From Chthonomonadales bacterium (GTDB lineage: Bacteria > Armatimonadota > Chthonomonadetes > Chthonomonadales > CAJBBX01), in the NCBI GenBank assembly GCA_037443035.1, contig JBBIPC010000017.1, positions 1-64,000 on the forward strand: DNA of 64,000 nt, in the 5' to 3' direction. The notes under the pieces are model-generated. The model was not told where the DNA came from. It saw only the letters and a program-made list of their open reading frames with translations, and made no database searches. Of the stretch, positions 43,539 to 54,700 are shown piece by piece. Within the stretch, counting starts at the first letter, position 1. Each line of letters opens with the position of its first letter. Made by a program: the position numbers and the translations under genes.

Positions 43539-43581
43539 AACGGTGACACCCCCCTTTATGTGGGATTTGAAGGCTCTACAC

Positions 43582-43611
43582 ATTATAAGGCAAGAGTTGC
43601 CTGATACGCAA
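43582..43611 (-). promoter_or_regulatory. sigma70 promoter of the Ig-repeat gene with a palindrome in the spacer
   Basis: Minus strand TTGCGT-N18-TATAAT; the spacer contains AGGCAA-gag-TTGCCT (43588-43602). Confidence 0.6.
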
Positions 43612-43745
43612 GGGGTTCACGAACAAATAGCGGGCAGTTCTGGTATGCGGACGACCTCGACGACCATCTTGTGCAGTCCGGTGCTGTAGCAGACCTCCCA
43701 AGACCGCGAAAAGGTACCAATACAGTGTAATCTTATGGGCCAGAG

Positions 43746-45386
43746 ATGACGCGAACACACTGGGCGATTGACCTCGGCACGACAAACAGTCTCATAGCTC
43801 GTTGGATGGGTACACACGCCGAAACGGTCCGCCTCGACGATGTCTGCGAACTGGATCCGGCGTGGAACACGCCGCTGATCCCTTCTGTGGTCTGCTTTCA
43901 GGACGAGAATCGTGGCTTTATCGGCAAGCAAGCCGTGGCTGCCGAAGAGGTCCTACGGGCGACCTTTGCAGGGCGGCTGACTCCTCTGGCACGTGCATTC
44001 AAGCTGGCACTTGCGAGGGACAGTCGTCTGAGTGTGGCCGAAGCGGACGGTCAGCCCATTTCAGCACGCCAATGCGCCACGGTCTTCCTCCGCGAGCTTG
44101 TTCGTCTGACGGAGGAGCGCGAGCGGCAGCTTCGCGATGAGAAGGCGGACGGTCTCTGGACAAGGCTGCTGAGGTGGTTACGGCGCCAGAGTTTCATTCG
44201 TGACCTGACCATGACAGTACCTGTAGAGAGCTTCGAGGCGTACCGCATGGAGCTCCAGAACATCGCGCGCAAGTTGGGCGTTCAGCACTTCCGCACGCTC
44301 GACGAGCCGGTTGCAGCGGCTTTGGGTTACGGCGTAGACCTCACCGAAGACCGAAACCTCCTAGTCGTGGATTTCGGTGGCGGCACGCTGCATCTTGCCC
44401 TTGTCAGGACGTTGTTGGGGACGTCGCCCGACAGCAAGGCGAGGGGCGTAGGACACCGGAAGGCCGAAGTTCTCGCGGCTCGTGGGTTGAACATCGGCGG
44501 CGAGACAGTGGATGAATGGGTCACCGATATGGCGTGCGCCCGGCTCCGGGCGCATGCCGACAAGCTCCGTCCTGTCCTGCGCGCTCAGGCGGAACAGGTC
44601 AAGAAGGAGCTTTCCGGAAAGGTCCTCAAGACGGATGATACCGTCTTCTTGCTGCCAGGTGGCGAGGTACTTGCGGTAACGCGTGAGGAGTTCCTGGCGA
44701 CGCTGGAAGCCAAGGGCCTGTATCGCAGCCTCGACATGGTGACCGACGCTGTCCTGGGCGACGCGCGGCACCGGCTCGCAGCGATGGACATAGATGCGGT
44801 GCTGCTAGTCGGTGGATCCACGCTGCTGCCCGGAGTGCGGGACCTCTTCGAGCGGATCTTCGGGGCCAACAAGGTGCATTACTGGAAGCCGTTCGAGGCC
44901 GTGGTGGAGGGCGGTGCGATCTACGGCGCCGGGTTCTACGTGGATCAGATCATCCACCATGATTACGCCATACGCGTCCTCAACGAGAAGTCTAATACAC
45001 CGCAATACGAGCTGCTGATCCGGCGCGGCACGGCCTATCCGACACCGAAGGGTTTCGAGACACGTTACTACAAGGTAGCGCCGAGACAGCAGCTCTTCAG
45101 CCTGCCAGTCTGCGAGGTCGGTCTGGCGGGTCGCTTTTCGCTGCCGTGGCGCCGCCACTCCAACGGCCACTATTACTGGCAACCGCAAGGCACGGAGGAG
45201 GAAGAGTGCGTTGTCGTGCTAAACGAAGGCGATGCCGTGCGCCTCTACCCGCCGGGTGCCGGCGATCGTGCTAGGTTGCGAGTGGATTTCACCATAGACG
45301 AAGAGCGCTGGCTGTGCGCGACGGTCTACGACCTGTTGCGCCAGAGGGACATCCGCACGAACGACCGCGTCATACGCCTGCGGTGA
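43746..45386 (+). CDS. Atypical Hsp70-family ATPase (not canonical DnaK)
   Basis: IDLGTTNS, DEPVAAALGYG, VVDFGGGT and LVGGST; no canonical DnaK lid/tail. Confidence 0.85.
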   Translation: MTRTHWAIDLGTTNSLIARWMGTHAETVRLDDVCELDPAWNTPLIPSVVCFQDENRGFIGKQAVAAEEVLRATFAGRLTPLARAFKLALARDSRLSVAEADGQPISARQCATVFLRELVRLTEERERQLRDEKADGLWTRLLRWLRRQSFIRDLTMTVPVESFEAYRMELQNIARKLGVQHFRTLDEPVAAALGYGVDLTEDRNLLVVDFGGGTLHLALVRTLLGTSPDSKARGVGHRKAEVLAARGLNIGGETVDEWVTDMACARLRAHADKLRPVLRAQAEQVKKELSGKVLKTDDTVFLLPGGEVLAVTREEFLATLEAKGLYRSLDMVTDAVLGDARHRLAAMDIDAVLLVGGSTLLPGVRDLFERIFGANKVHYWKPFEAVVEGGAIYGAGFYVDQIIHHDYAIRVLNEKSNTPQYELLIRRGTAYPTPKGFETRYYKVAPRQQLFSLPVCEVGLAGRFSLPWRRHSNGHYYWQPQGTEEEECVVVLNEGDAVRLYPPGAGDRARLRVDFTIDEERWLCATVYDLLRQRDIRTNDRVIRLR

Positions 45387-47637
45387 CTCTGCATCTTCGT
45401 GCTAGCTGCTGACCCAGGCATGCGGCAAGGGCCAATGCACCAACGCAGAGTAAGTAGACACCTACTCGGGAGGACGCCGGTTCGTAGCGGAACTCGACGG
45501 TGTGGCGACCAGACGGTAGCGTGACACTTCGGAAGACACCGCCGGAGCGCCCGATGCGCACCCGCCGACCATCCACCATCGCGTGCCACCCGGGCCAGTA
45601 CTGGTCAGCCAGCTCCAGACGGCCAGGAGCCGGCATGGTTATCGAGAGCGTCACGCGCTCAGACTCATCCCTGGAGTACTCCGCTGCCACTGTCCTGCCG
45701 TCCTCAGTTATCCCCCTGGCCCGCGGTATCGCATCGCGCCGAACGTAGATCCACATGTTGTCTCGGGACAGCACATCGGTATGCGGCAGCGCAAGAGGAT
45801 GTGCGCTCAGCACGATCTTCACGCCCATGGTATCGAGCAACGACAACACTGGGCGCTTCACGAAGACCATGTTGCCCACCTCGGGCGGACTGGGGTCTGT
45901 GCCAAGCTGGTCGCGTAACCACAGTTTGTACTGTGCTGGAAGCAAAGAGTCGTACCCCTGCGCGTCGCGGATGCCCGAGTTCGTGGCCATGTTAGGCGGC
46001 AGGACAGCCTCGGGACCTGCGAAGCTCCAGGACGTGTTGATGGGGGCTATCCTCTCGTGCCCTGCCAGCGCCTGCAACTCAGCGATCGTGCCCTGGGCCG
46101 CTCGCTCGTGCTCCAGTGTGGTCGGGGTGTTGTAGGGAACACCGTGGGCAAGGAGATCGGCACACACGATCGCTATGGATAAAGCGAAGGCGATGTCTCG
46201 ACGTGTTGGATCGGGCAGCAGCACTCCAACGCAGAACGCGGTCAGCACGAAGACACCTGACTGCCGAACGATGTCTTCGGCGGACCAAGGCACAGATCCC
46301 AGAAGCCGGTAGGCCGATACAGCACCTATGGTGATTGCCACAGCCGCGAACACGAGCATTCCGATCAGCGGCGCTAGACGAGAAAGAGGGCTGTCTGCAG
46401 AACGTGTCAGCGCGTCATAGCCGAGACCAGCGAGCCATGCAGCCGCGAACTGCCACAAGACAAGAATGCGTCCAGGGGAACCGGAACCCGAGAACCCAGG
46501 AACACCGAAATACAGCATGGCTGCAACCGGAGTTCCCAAGGCGATCAGCAGGGCGAACAAAGCCAGGACCGCCGGCAGGCGCATGCCACGTGCAGACCTC
46601 AGCTTGCCGATACCTGCGACGACCAAGACCAGCGGCAGGAGGCCCACGTACATCGCTCCCTCTGCATAATTGTAATACATGCCTCCTCTAGAGAAGCCAA
46701 CATAGGGCCGGTCAGGAGATGCCGGATTGCCGAAGAGGTCCGGAAGTACCAAGGTGGCGAGGGCGGCCGGATGCGTCGCGTAAGCCACGTAAGCCTTGTA
46801 CCCTTCACTCGTTGCCCCTCCGGCCCGATGACCATGGGCGATCTGCTCCATTGTAGGCAGTAATTGCGGCCCGGCTAGCAGGATGGCCACGACATACGCG
46901 GCTATCACGCGGACCGCGAATGGCGAGCGATTGGTGCGCTCACGCCACAGCAGCCAAGCCGCAAGGACAGTGGTGGTTCCCAGGACGTAGAATGCAATCT
47001 GGAGGTGTCCTGCGAGAAGCACTAGGGCGACGACGACGGCGAAAAGGGCGGTAGTGGTCCAGGCAAGGTTGCCCCGCAGGCGCACAAGCACCGCGCCGAG
47101 CGCTGGCAGCCAGCAGGATGTTGCCACGAACGGCGGCAGGTGGAGCCAGGCTATGTGCCACATCGAGAAACCGTACACAGCACCAGACAGTGTGGCTGCC
47201 TGCTGGGAAGCGCCGAAGCGCATGAGGAACAGACGCATGAAACATGCTGCCAGGAATACGTGAATTGCAGCGAACCAGCCGGCCGCTGCATCCGGACCAA
47301 GAAGAACGTGCAGAAGATTGCCGGGGTAGTAGGTGGCCGATACGTTATTCGCGACGAACGGCGTTCCGCAGGACTGATAGGGGTTCCAAAGAGGCAGTCG
47401 CCCCGCACGCAAACTCTCCGTGGCGTATATCCGGAAGACGCGGTATTCGGCAACTGAGTCGTAGTGCAGAGGATTCCACGCCACCCTGCGCTCTGGTGGT
47501 ACGTACGCAGACCATGGAGCCGCGTAAGCCAGTTGCCCCATCGGATAGAACGGCTGCCCCAGGACCAAGCTGCGCCACAGGAGGATTGCGGTGCATACCC
47601 CGTAGAGTACGAAAGGACCAAAGCGGCGGAGCATCAT
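45370..47637 (-). CDS. YfhO-like polytopic membrane protein (putative GT-C glycosyltransferase)
   Basis: PLWNPY..CGTPF, LAGHLQ, many TM helices and C-terminal YWPGWHAMVDG...YEP; start could be 47727. Confidence 0.82.
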   Translation of the reverse strand: MMLRRFGPFVLYGVCTAILLWRSLVLGQPFYPMGQLAYAAPWSAYVPPERRVAWNPLHYDSVAEYRVFRIYATESLRAGRLPLWNPYQSCGTPFVANNVSATYYPGNLLHVLLGPDAAAGWFAAIHVFLAACFMRLFLMRFGASQQAATLSGAVYGFSMWHIAWLHLPPFVATSCWLPALGAVLVRLRGNLAWTTTALFAVVVALVLLAGHLQIAFYVLGTTTVLAAWLLWRERTNRSPFAVRVIAAYVVAILLAGPQLLPTMEQIAHGHRAGGATSEGYKAYVAYATHPAALATLVLPDLFGNPASPDRPYVGFSRGGMYYNYAEGAMYVGLLPLVLVVAGIGKLRSARGMRLPAVLALFALLIALGTPVAAMLYFGVPGFSGSGSPGRILVLWQFAAAWLAGLGYDALTRSADSPLSRLAPLIGMLVFAAVAITIGAVSAYRLLGSVPWSAEDIVRQSGVFVLTAFCVGVLLPDPTRRDIAFALSIAIVCADLLAHGVPYNTPTTLEHERAAQGTIAELQALAGHERIAPINTSWSFAGPEAVLPPNMATNSGIRDAQGYDSLLPAQYKLWLRDQLGTDPSPPEVGNMVFVKRPVLSLLDTMGVKIVLSAHPLALPHTDVLSRDNMWIYVRRDAIPRARGITEDGRTVAAEYSRDESERVTLSITMPAPGRLELADQYWPGWHAMVDGRRVRIGRSGGVFRSVTLPSGRHTVEFRYEPASSRVGVYLLCVGALALAACLGQQLARRCRVTAGV

Positions 47638-47817
47638 TCTGAGTGTTTCGGCCGCAGGAAAACGGTGCGGGGGCGGACCTGGGTATGTCGGGACCGATAC
47701 CCCGGACCGGCGCTCCATGTCCGCCATCCCGGTACCGCGATCAGCATGAGACCGTTGCGTCGCGGGCCGCTGTGCAGGATGCGATAGGGCGGTCTGTCGG
47801 GCGCCGAACCTGGAACA

Positions 47818-48168
47818 TCACTGGTAGTAAGCGAGGTTCTTGCGAGCGACGTCGCTATTGGGGTCCAGTCGCAGAGCTTCCTCGAAGGCGGCCTTAGCGT
47901 CGTCATCCATGCCGACCATGGCACACGTCAGGCCCAGGTCGAGCAGGATCGGCACGGAGTCGGGAGCCAGTTCGGAGGCGCGGCGGAGCTCCTCCACAGC
48001 GAGCTCGAACTCCCCCGTGAATCCGTACACGAGCCCCAATTGGTGATGAGCTTCTGCACACTCAGGATCGGCATCCAGGACGGCCTTGAGATCTTCGATG
48101 GCGAGAGAGTACTCTCCCGCGATCTTGTGGGCGATACCGCTCTCCAGCCGCTTCACAAGCTCACTCAT
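47818..48168 (-). CDS. Tetratricopeptide repeat protein
   Basis: About three TPR motifs (AHHQLGLVY...LAP, LGL...AFEEALRLDP). Confidence 0.85.
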   Translation of the reverse strand: MSELVKRLESGIAHKIAGEYSLAIEDLKAVLDADPECAEAHHQLGLVYGFTGEFELAVEELRRASELAPDSVPILLDLGLTCAMVGMDDDAKAAFEEALRLDPNSDVARKNLAYYQ

Positions 48169-48317
48169 GGTCCCAGCACTCCCTTCGTGGGTGGTCCGGG
48201 CCCCTGGCGGTCGGTCTTGCAGTGCCGATGCCCGTGACCTCGACGACTGTCAGGCTTCCCGTGGACTCATTAGCAATGATAGCATCCCCGGCTGGCTCTG
48301 CTAGCAAGAACGGTCCT

Positions 48318-49019
48318 TCATGGGCACAGGAGCCTACCGCACGATTCGCACGTGACGATCGAGCCGCTCTCCCGGGCAGCCAGGACGGTGTTCTTGGGTA
48401 ACACGGTCTTGCAGGCGCCGCAATGCCCGGCCTCGATGCGGGCAATGCCGACGCCGCCCTTCGTGGCACGTACCGTCTCATACCGCCTGAGTAGAGCTGT
48501 GGGAACGGACTTGGCCCTGTTAGCTCGGTCCGCCTGAAGGCGCTCGATTTCATCCTTGAGTGTGCGAGCCGAACGTACATAAGCCTGTGCTTTTGCGACG
48601 TATGCCTGTCGCGCGGCTTCGCTGGCTTGTCGGAGTTGAGCTTCGCGCTGTTTCAGCTCTTCTACGTTCTCCATCAGAAGCAGTATCCGCTCGTCCAACG
48701 TACTTCGGCGCCGTCCCAGAGCCTCCACCTCATGCTGGAGTGCATCCAGTTCTTTCGGGTTGGCGATGCGTCCCGAGTAGAGGCGACTGGTGTGGTCTTT
48801 TCGTTTGGCTTCCACAGCCTCTAGCTCCAGTTCGGCATCCAACAGTGTGGCCTCGGCCTCTTTCAGCTCATGCGCGGCCGCTCGATGTGCCATCTCAGCT
48901 TGTTGGAAAGCCTCCTTTTCGGCGGCTCCGTTATCGAGGCTCCGAAGTTGCCTGGCACATTGCATGAGCGCTGTGTCCACCTCCTGGACTGCATAGAGAG
49001 CCGTCAGATCCTGGTTCAT
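48318..49019 (-). CDS. Coiled-coil + C4-type zinc ribbon protein (DUF164 family)
   Basis: Long coiled coil, LYSG..NPKEL, CGAC and CESCGRLL. Confidence 0.88.
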   Translation of the reverse strand: MNQDLTALYAVQEVDTALMQCARQLRSLDNGAAEKEAFQQAEMAHRAAAHELKEAEATLLDAELELEAVEAKRKDHTSRLYSGRIANPKELDALQHEVEALGRRRSTLDERILLLMENVEELKQREAQLRQASEAARQAYVAKAQAYVRSARTLKDEIERLQADRANRAKSVPTALLRRYETVRATKGGVGIARIEAGHCGACKTVLPKNTVLAARESGSIVTCESCGRLLCP

Positions 49020-49152
49020 CGACCCGTTTTCCCCCACTGCCGAAATTGTAACCGAGACAGGCCCATCCGTCAACGACTTTGGCAGGTACTTCTGTTGGTA
49101 CTCCTGGAGCTTGTTACCTCTTGGTGGGTCGGCAGGTATCCTGTCCAGTGCC

Positions 49153-49872
49153 ATGACCGACCTCGTTCACCTGAATCGCGCGACAGTCCAAGTCGAGCAC
49201 GTCCACCTCGCGGCGTTGGTCTACGAACCGACGGTGCCTCGTGATCTTGTGGTAGTGCTGGCCCACGGATACACAGGATCCAAAGAGACGATGGATGTTC
49301 CTGCGGGCTATCTCTGTTCTCGCGGTTGGCCATGCGTCACGTTCGACTTCAGAGGGCATAAGCTGGGCGGCAGCACTGGCGCAATGCTCCACGCCAGCGA
49401 CGGCCTCGAGGACCTGCGGGCGATCATCGGCTTCGCAAGGCAACGCCTTGGCCAGGAGCGGGTCGTGCTCGTCGGTCACTCTTTCGGTGGTGCGGTCGCT
49501 CTGGCGGCGGTCACCGAGGAGGAGAGCATCGCGGGAGTCTCGGTGTTGGGCACGGGTCTCTCTTCCTATCATGGCTTCGACACGCCTGCCGGTGAGACGC
49601 TCATGGCCTTGCGTGGTGACTATGTTGTCGGCGCGCCGGCAGCCGCGATTCTGACGGAATCGAGTGCCCTGCCTCTTCCCGAGCGCTCAGACGTCCCGGC
49701 GCTCTTCGTAGCTGCCCGAGGCGACATCCTGGTGCGTCCGGAAAGGGTGCGGCTTCTCGCAGAGCACTACGGTCCTTCTGCCCGAACAATCGTGGTGGAC
49801 GGTAGCCATGCGGAGCTGCCTGTCCGGGCGCGAGGTCATCTGGCGACGTGGCTAGACAATGTCAGTGCGTGA
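49153..49872 (+). CDS. Alpha/beta-fold hydrolase
   Basis: HG, DFRGH, nucleophile GHSFG, then D and H near the C-terminus. Confidence 0.88.
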   Translation: MTDLVHLNRATVQVEHVHLAALVYEPTVPRDLVVVLAHGYTGSKETMDVPAGYLCSRGWPCVTFDFRGHKLGGSTGAMLHASDGLEDLRAIIGFARQRLGQERVVLVGHSFGGAVALAAVTEEESIAGVSVLGTGLSSYHGFDTPAGETLMALRGDYVVGAPAAAILTESSALPLPERSDVPALFVAARGDILVRPERVRLLAEHYGPSARTIVVDGSHAELPVRARGHLATWLDNVSA

Positions 49873-50338
49873 TTGCCACGATCTCGTAACGCATCAGACC
49901 GCCAGGAGCCTTGACCTGCACCCGATCACCCACCTTCTTCCCTAACACGGCGGCGCCAACAGGCGACTGGATGGACACGCGGTCCTCCGCAGGGTTCGCC
50001 TGGACAGGATCCACGAGTTGGAACTTCCACTCCTCACCCGCATCGAGGTCCTGGACCGTGAGGATACTGCCTAGCTGCGCCTCTTCCTGAGCTGAATCGG
50101 GTCCGTCAGTCACGATCGTGGCCGTTTCTATGGCGCGCTCCAACTCGGCGATACGGCCGTTGAGGATGGCCTGTTCGCGGCGTGCCGCATGGTACTCGAA
50201 GTTCTCCGAGAGATCACCGAAAGCCCGTGCCTTCCGCAGTGCCTCGGCGACTTCACGGCGTTTCACTGTTCGAAGGTACTCGAGCTCTTCTCGTAGCTTC
50301 TGCAGGCTGCTTTCCGTCAAGACCAACCTATCTGCCAT
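49862..50338 (-). CDS. greA: Transcription elongation factor GreA
   Basis: ARAFGDLSENFEY and SIQSPVGAAVLG. Confidence 0.93.
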   Translation of the reverse strand: MADRLVLTESSLQKLREELEYLRTVKRREVAEALRKARAFGDLSENFEYHAARREQAILNGRIAELERAIETATIVTDGPDSAQEEAQLGSILTVQDLDAGEEWKFQLVDPVQANPAEDRVSIQSPVGAAVLGKKVGDRVQVKAPGGLMRYEIVAITH

Positions 50339-50530
50339 ATGCACTCTCCTGCCTGGAACAGGCACTCTAGTTTCGTGTTCAGTTTAGCTGCGGGCGGTAC
50401 TTACCCGAACACTCGCCATGAAGTCAAGCACTCATGCTGCTGTGCAAGCCTGCGCCTGGGGGGCGTCGCCGGTGTGCTATCATGGGCAACTTTCGGTTCT
50501 AGAGAGCCTTCACCGATCAGGAACGAGACT

Positions 50531-51757
50531 ATGCGTATACTAATGGTGACGTGGGAATATCCTCCGAGAATCGTCGGAGGGATCGCCCGACACGTGGAAG
50601 AGCTCTCCTGGGCGTTGGCCGACAGGGGCCACGAAGTTCATGTGGTAACTGCAGCCTTCGGCGGGGCGCCCGCAGAAGAGGAGTACAACGGGGTTCGCGT
50701 CTATCGCACAGAACCTTACAGCCCCGTGCATGATTTCGTTCACTGGGTCCATCAGCTCAACGCCGCGATGTACGATCGCGCCGCGAACCTGATTGGCGAC
50801 TGGTTGGCTGCCGTGCCTGACACCAAGCGGCTCGATGTCAGCCATGGACTGCTCCTGCACGCCCATGACTGGGTCGCGCATTTCGCGGCCGTGCGTCTGA
50901 AGCATGCCTTCCGAGTACCGATGGTAGCGACGGTGCATGCGACGGAGCATGGAAGGAATCAGGGCATACACACCGATCAGCAGCGGTACATCGCTTCGGT
51001 CGAACAGGAGCTGGTGACGGAGGCATGGCGTGTCATCGTGTGCTCGAGTTTCATGCGCGACGAAGTGCAACGCGCCCTGGGAGCGCCCTGGGACAAGATC
51101 GATGTGATCCCTAACGGTATCCGTGCAGAAAAGTTCGACTTCGAGTTTCCAGCAGATGAGGCCACGGCCTTCCGCCGGAACTACGCAGCACCCGAGGAAC
51201 ACCTTGTTGTCTTCTCGGGGCGCATGGTGAGAGAAAAGGGTGCCCATCTGCTGCTGGAGGCAGCGAAGATCTTGCGACAGACGGGTGTGCCTGTCAAACT
51301 GGTGGTCGTTGGTGGTGGCGAGCGCTCGCACCTCGAACAGCAAGCGCAAGAGCTCGGCATCGCATCGGCCGTCTACTTCACAGGCTTCGTGCCTGATGAC
51401 GTTCTCCTGCGTTTGTACCGCGTGGCGGACGCTGCGTGCTTCCCGAGCCTTTACGAGCCGTTCGGCATCGTGGCCCTGGAAGCGATGGCGGCGGGCACGC
51501 CGGTGATAGTGTCCGATGCAGGCGGGCTCCGAGAGGTCGTCGAACATGACCGCACGGGCACCGTGGTCTGGAGTGGCAATGTGGACAGCCTCGTGTGGGG
51601 ACTGAGGCGCATTCTCACTGACAGAGTTCACGCACTGGCGATGGCAGAAGCAGCGAAGCAGGCTGTTCGCGAGAAGTTCACCTGGAAACTGGTGGCGGAG
51701 CGTACCTCCGAGGTCTACGCGAGGATCTGGGGCGAGTATGTCACCTCTCCTTGGTAG
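50531..51757 (+). CDS. Glycosyltransferase family 4 (glycogen synthase-like)
   Basis: WEYPPRIVGG, HAHDW and YEPFGIVALEAM. Confidence 0.92.
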   Translation: MRILMVTWEYPPRIVGGIARHVEELSWALADRGHEVHVVTAAFGGAPAEEEYNGVRVYRTEPYSPVHDFVHWVHQLNAAMYDRAANLIGDWLAAVPDTKRLDVSHGLLLHAHDWVAHFAAVRLKHAFRVPMVATVHATEHGRNQGIHTDQQRYIASVEQELVTEAWRVIVCSSFMRDEVQRALGAPWDKIDVIPNGIRAEKFDFEFPADEATAFRRNYAAPEEHLVVFSGRMVREKGAHLLLEAAKILRQTGVPVKLVVVGGGERSHLEQQAQELGIASAVYFTGFVPDDVLLRLYRVADAACFPSLYEPFGIVALEAMAAGTPVIVSDAGGLREVVEHDRTGTVVWSGNVDSLVWGLRRILTDRVHALAMAEAAKQAVREKFTWKLVAERTSEVYARIWGEYVTSPW

Positions 51758-51767
51758 GAGGCGCAAG

Positions 51768-54700
51768 ATGGGACGGGTTGCGACCGTGCCTTGGTGGGTC
51801 ATCCTGATCGGTGTCGGAGTGCCCCTGTACGCACAGCAGGTATCTCTGCAACTGCCGGAGCGCAAGCCCATCGTCGGCATGAATACGCCGGCCCTGTCTC
51901 CAGATGGAAGCAAGGTCTGCTTCAGTTACAGAGGTGACCTGTGGACCGTGTCCGTCGAGGGCGGTGAGGCCACGCGCCTGACAGTCCATGACGCCCACGA
52001 CGCCTATCCACGCTGGTCGCCGGACGGAAAGTGGATCGCCTTCGCTTCGGACCGGTACCCGTCCGCTTCCATGAACTACGACATCTTCGTCATGCCAGCC
52101 GCAGGGGGCGAGCCGCGACGGCTCACGTATCACACGAGCAACGAGTACCCGTTCGATTGGTCGCCTGACGGCAAGAAGCTGCTTCTGCAGGCCATTCGTC
52201 AAGGAGATGCATGGCAAGCCATCGAGCTCGATGTGGCGAGTGGCAGGACCCGTGCGCTGACACGAGGCAGGGCCTTTGTGCGTTATGCTGTCTACTCGCC
52301 GGATGGAAAGCGCATAGCCTACTGCAGGTGCGCCCGTACTGGCAACTGGTGGAGACCCCTCTACCATGGTTCGGCCAACATGGATATCTGGCTGAGCGAC
52401 CTCTCCGACGGCTCTGTCCAGCGTCTGACATCCTATGACGGAATGGACATGTGGCCCCTATTCTCGAGTGATGGGAACACTGTATACTACGTCTCGGATG
52501 TGTTGACGCCTGGCGCACCGAACCTCGTAGCGGCCTCGATCAAGGAGAAACGACCCGTAAGCCTGACGCGTTATCCTGAGGGTTCAGTCACGTGGCCAGG
52601 CATTTCGCGCGACGGCGCCGCGATCGTCTACGTTCACTCTGGGGAGCTGTACATCTATTCGATGAGAGACCACCGGAGCCGTAAGGTAACCGTGTATGCC
52701 CCGACGGATAGCAAGGTGAACCGTCTACAGCGCATGACACTGACGAACGGAGCATCGGAGCTGGAGATCGCGCCGGACGGCAAGACCGCGGCAGTGGCTG
52801 TACGTGGGGACATCTGGGCGTTCCCAACCGAGGGACGTGGAGAAGCGCGGCGTCTAACGGCGGATCCGGCCAATGACTACGACTTCGTCTGGTCACCAGA
52901 CGGTACACGCATCGCGTTCGTGTCCGACCGCAAGGGGGCGTTCGGGATCTACATCGTGGATGTGAAAACGCTTGCCGTCCAGGAGATCGCAACGTCGGAA
53001 CATGACGCGGGCTCACCCCAGTGGTCACCGGATGGCAAACGGCTGGCATACCTCTCGAGCGGTCCTGCCGGAGGGCTATACATTGCAGAACCGAGCAGCC
53101 CAGGCAGCGCTTATCGTGTGGCCGCCTCGTCTGGCAACAACCGCTTTGGCGTTGGGATCACGGCTTACTCCTGGTCACCCGATGGCCGATGGCTCGCGTT
53201 TTCCCGTCGCGATGTCCGGAATACGACGGACATCTGGGTCGTTCCGGCGGCTGGGGGAGATGCTGTCAACGTCACTATGACACCTGGCTCGAACGACAAT
53301 CCCCGCTGGACGTCGGACGGACAGAATCTCCTATTTGCTTCGACGAGGGACCGGCTTCAAGGCGCGGACCTATACGTCTTGTCATTGCAGAAGCCAAGCG
53401 CCCGCGAGGGCCAGCCGGGCGGTGCAGATGAGCAGCTATCCTTGGGTAGCGCAGTCCTGATCGATTTCGACGAGATCGATCAGCGAGCTAGACGGCTGAC
53501 AACTACGGGCGTTACCGCGTACGGGGTCTCGCCGGACGGTCAGACCATCTACGGTGTGACATCCTTTGGAGGAGGTCCCGATCTGTTCGCGGTGTCCTTG
53601 CGCGGCGGGCCTATCCAGCGCGTGACTACCACTGGCGACATCGCCGGACCGCCCCGCTTCGCGGCCCGTGCGTCAGGCCGGTTCTGGTGCCTAGTGGCTG
53701 ACGGCGCCGTTCGCTCCTACGCACAGCAAGGGCCATCGTGGACTGCTTCGTCGCTTTCGTTCGATGCTAGGCTAGAGGTTGACCGGGAATCCGAGCGGAG
53801 GCAAGCGTTCCGAGAGTTTTGGCGGAGCCTGAAGTCAGGGTTCTATGATCCGAAGATGCACGGCCTCTCGTGGGATCGTGTCCGTGAGCGCTACGAGCGC
53901 TTACTAGAGGGAGTCGATACCGTCGAGGAGTTCGCATTCTTCGTGTTAGCGCCGATGGCGGGCGAGCTGAACGCGTCGCATGCCGAGGTCAGCCCGCGGG
54001 TGACGGGCAATGAACCTTCCGTAGCCGATCTCGGCCTCGAATTCGACGAGGAATATGCCGGGCCGGGTGTGCGCGTTAGCGGATCCATCCGCAACGGCCC
54101 CAACGAGGGCAACGGTCCGCGCATCAGATCCGGTGAGTACATCCTGCGCGTTGACGGGAAAGACGTAACGTGGGGGGAGACGCTCTGGACTGCGCTGGCT
54201 GGCCGGGCTGGCAAGGAGACCGAACTTCTCGTGAACTCGGAGCCGAAGGTCGAGGGTGCACGCAGCGTGAAGCTGACGCCTGTAACCCCAGAGCGCATTC
54301 GCGACCTGCAGTATGAGCAGGAGGTGCGGAACGCCCAAGCGGAGGTAGCGCGCCTCTCCGATGGACGGATCGCTTACGTTCGCGTGCGTGCCATGGTTAT
54401 GGAAAGTGTGCGGCGGTTCGAGAGAGATCTGTGGGGCAAGCAGGCCGACGCCGAGGGTGTCATCCTGGACATTCGAGACAACGGCGGCGGCTCCACGCAC
54501 GATCAGATCCTGGCTCAGTTGGCACGTGTAGCCTACGGTGGCACGCGTCCCCGCGATGGGGAGACTTCGACGCAGCCGTGGCGCGTCTGGAACAAGCCCA
54601 TCGTTCTCCTTGTGAACGAGAACTCTGCATCAGATGCGGAAGTGTTCGCCATGGGATTCCGCAGACTTGGCCTCGGGACGATCATTGGCGCACGGACACC

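Noticed and set aside
48169..48317. Possible ncRNA between the zinc-ribbon and TPR genes
   Set aside because: No recognisable RNase P, SRP, tmRNA or riboswitch motif and no strong stems seen.
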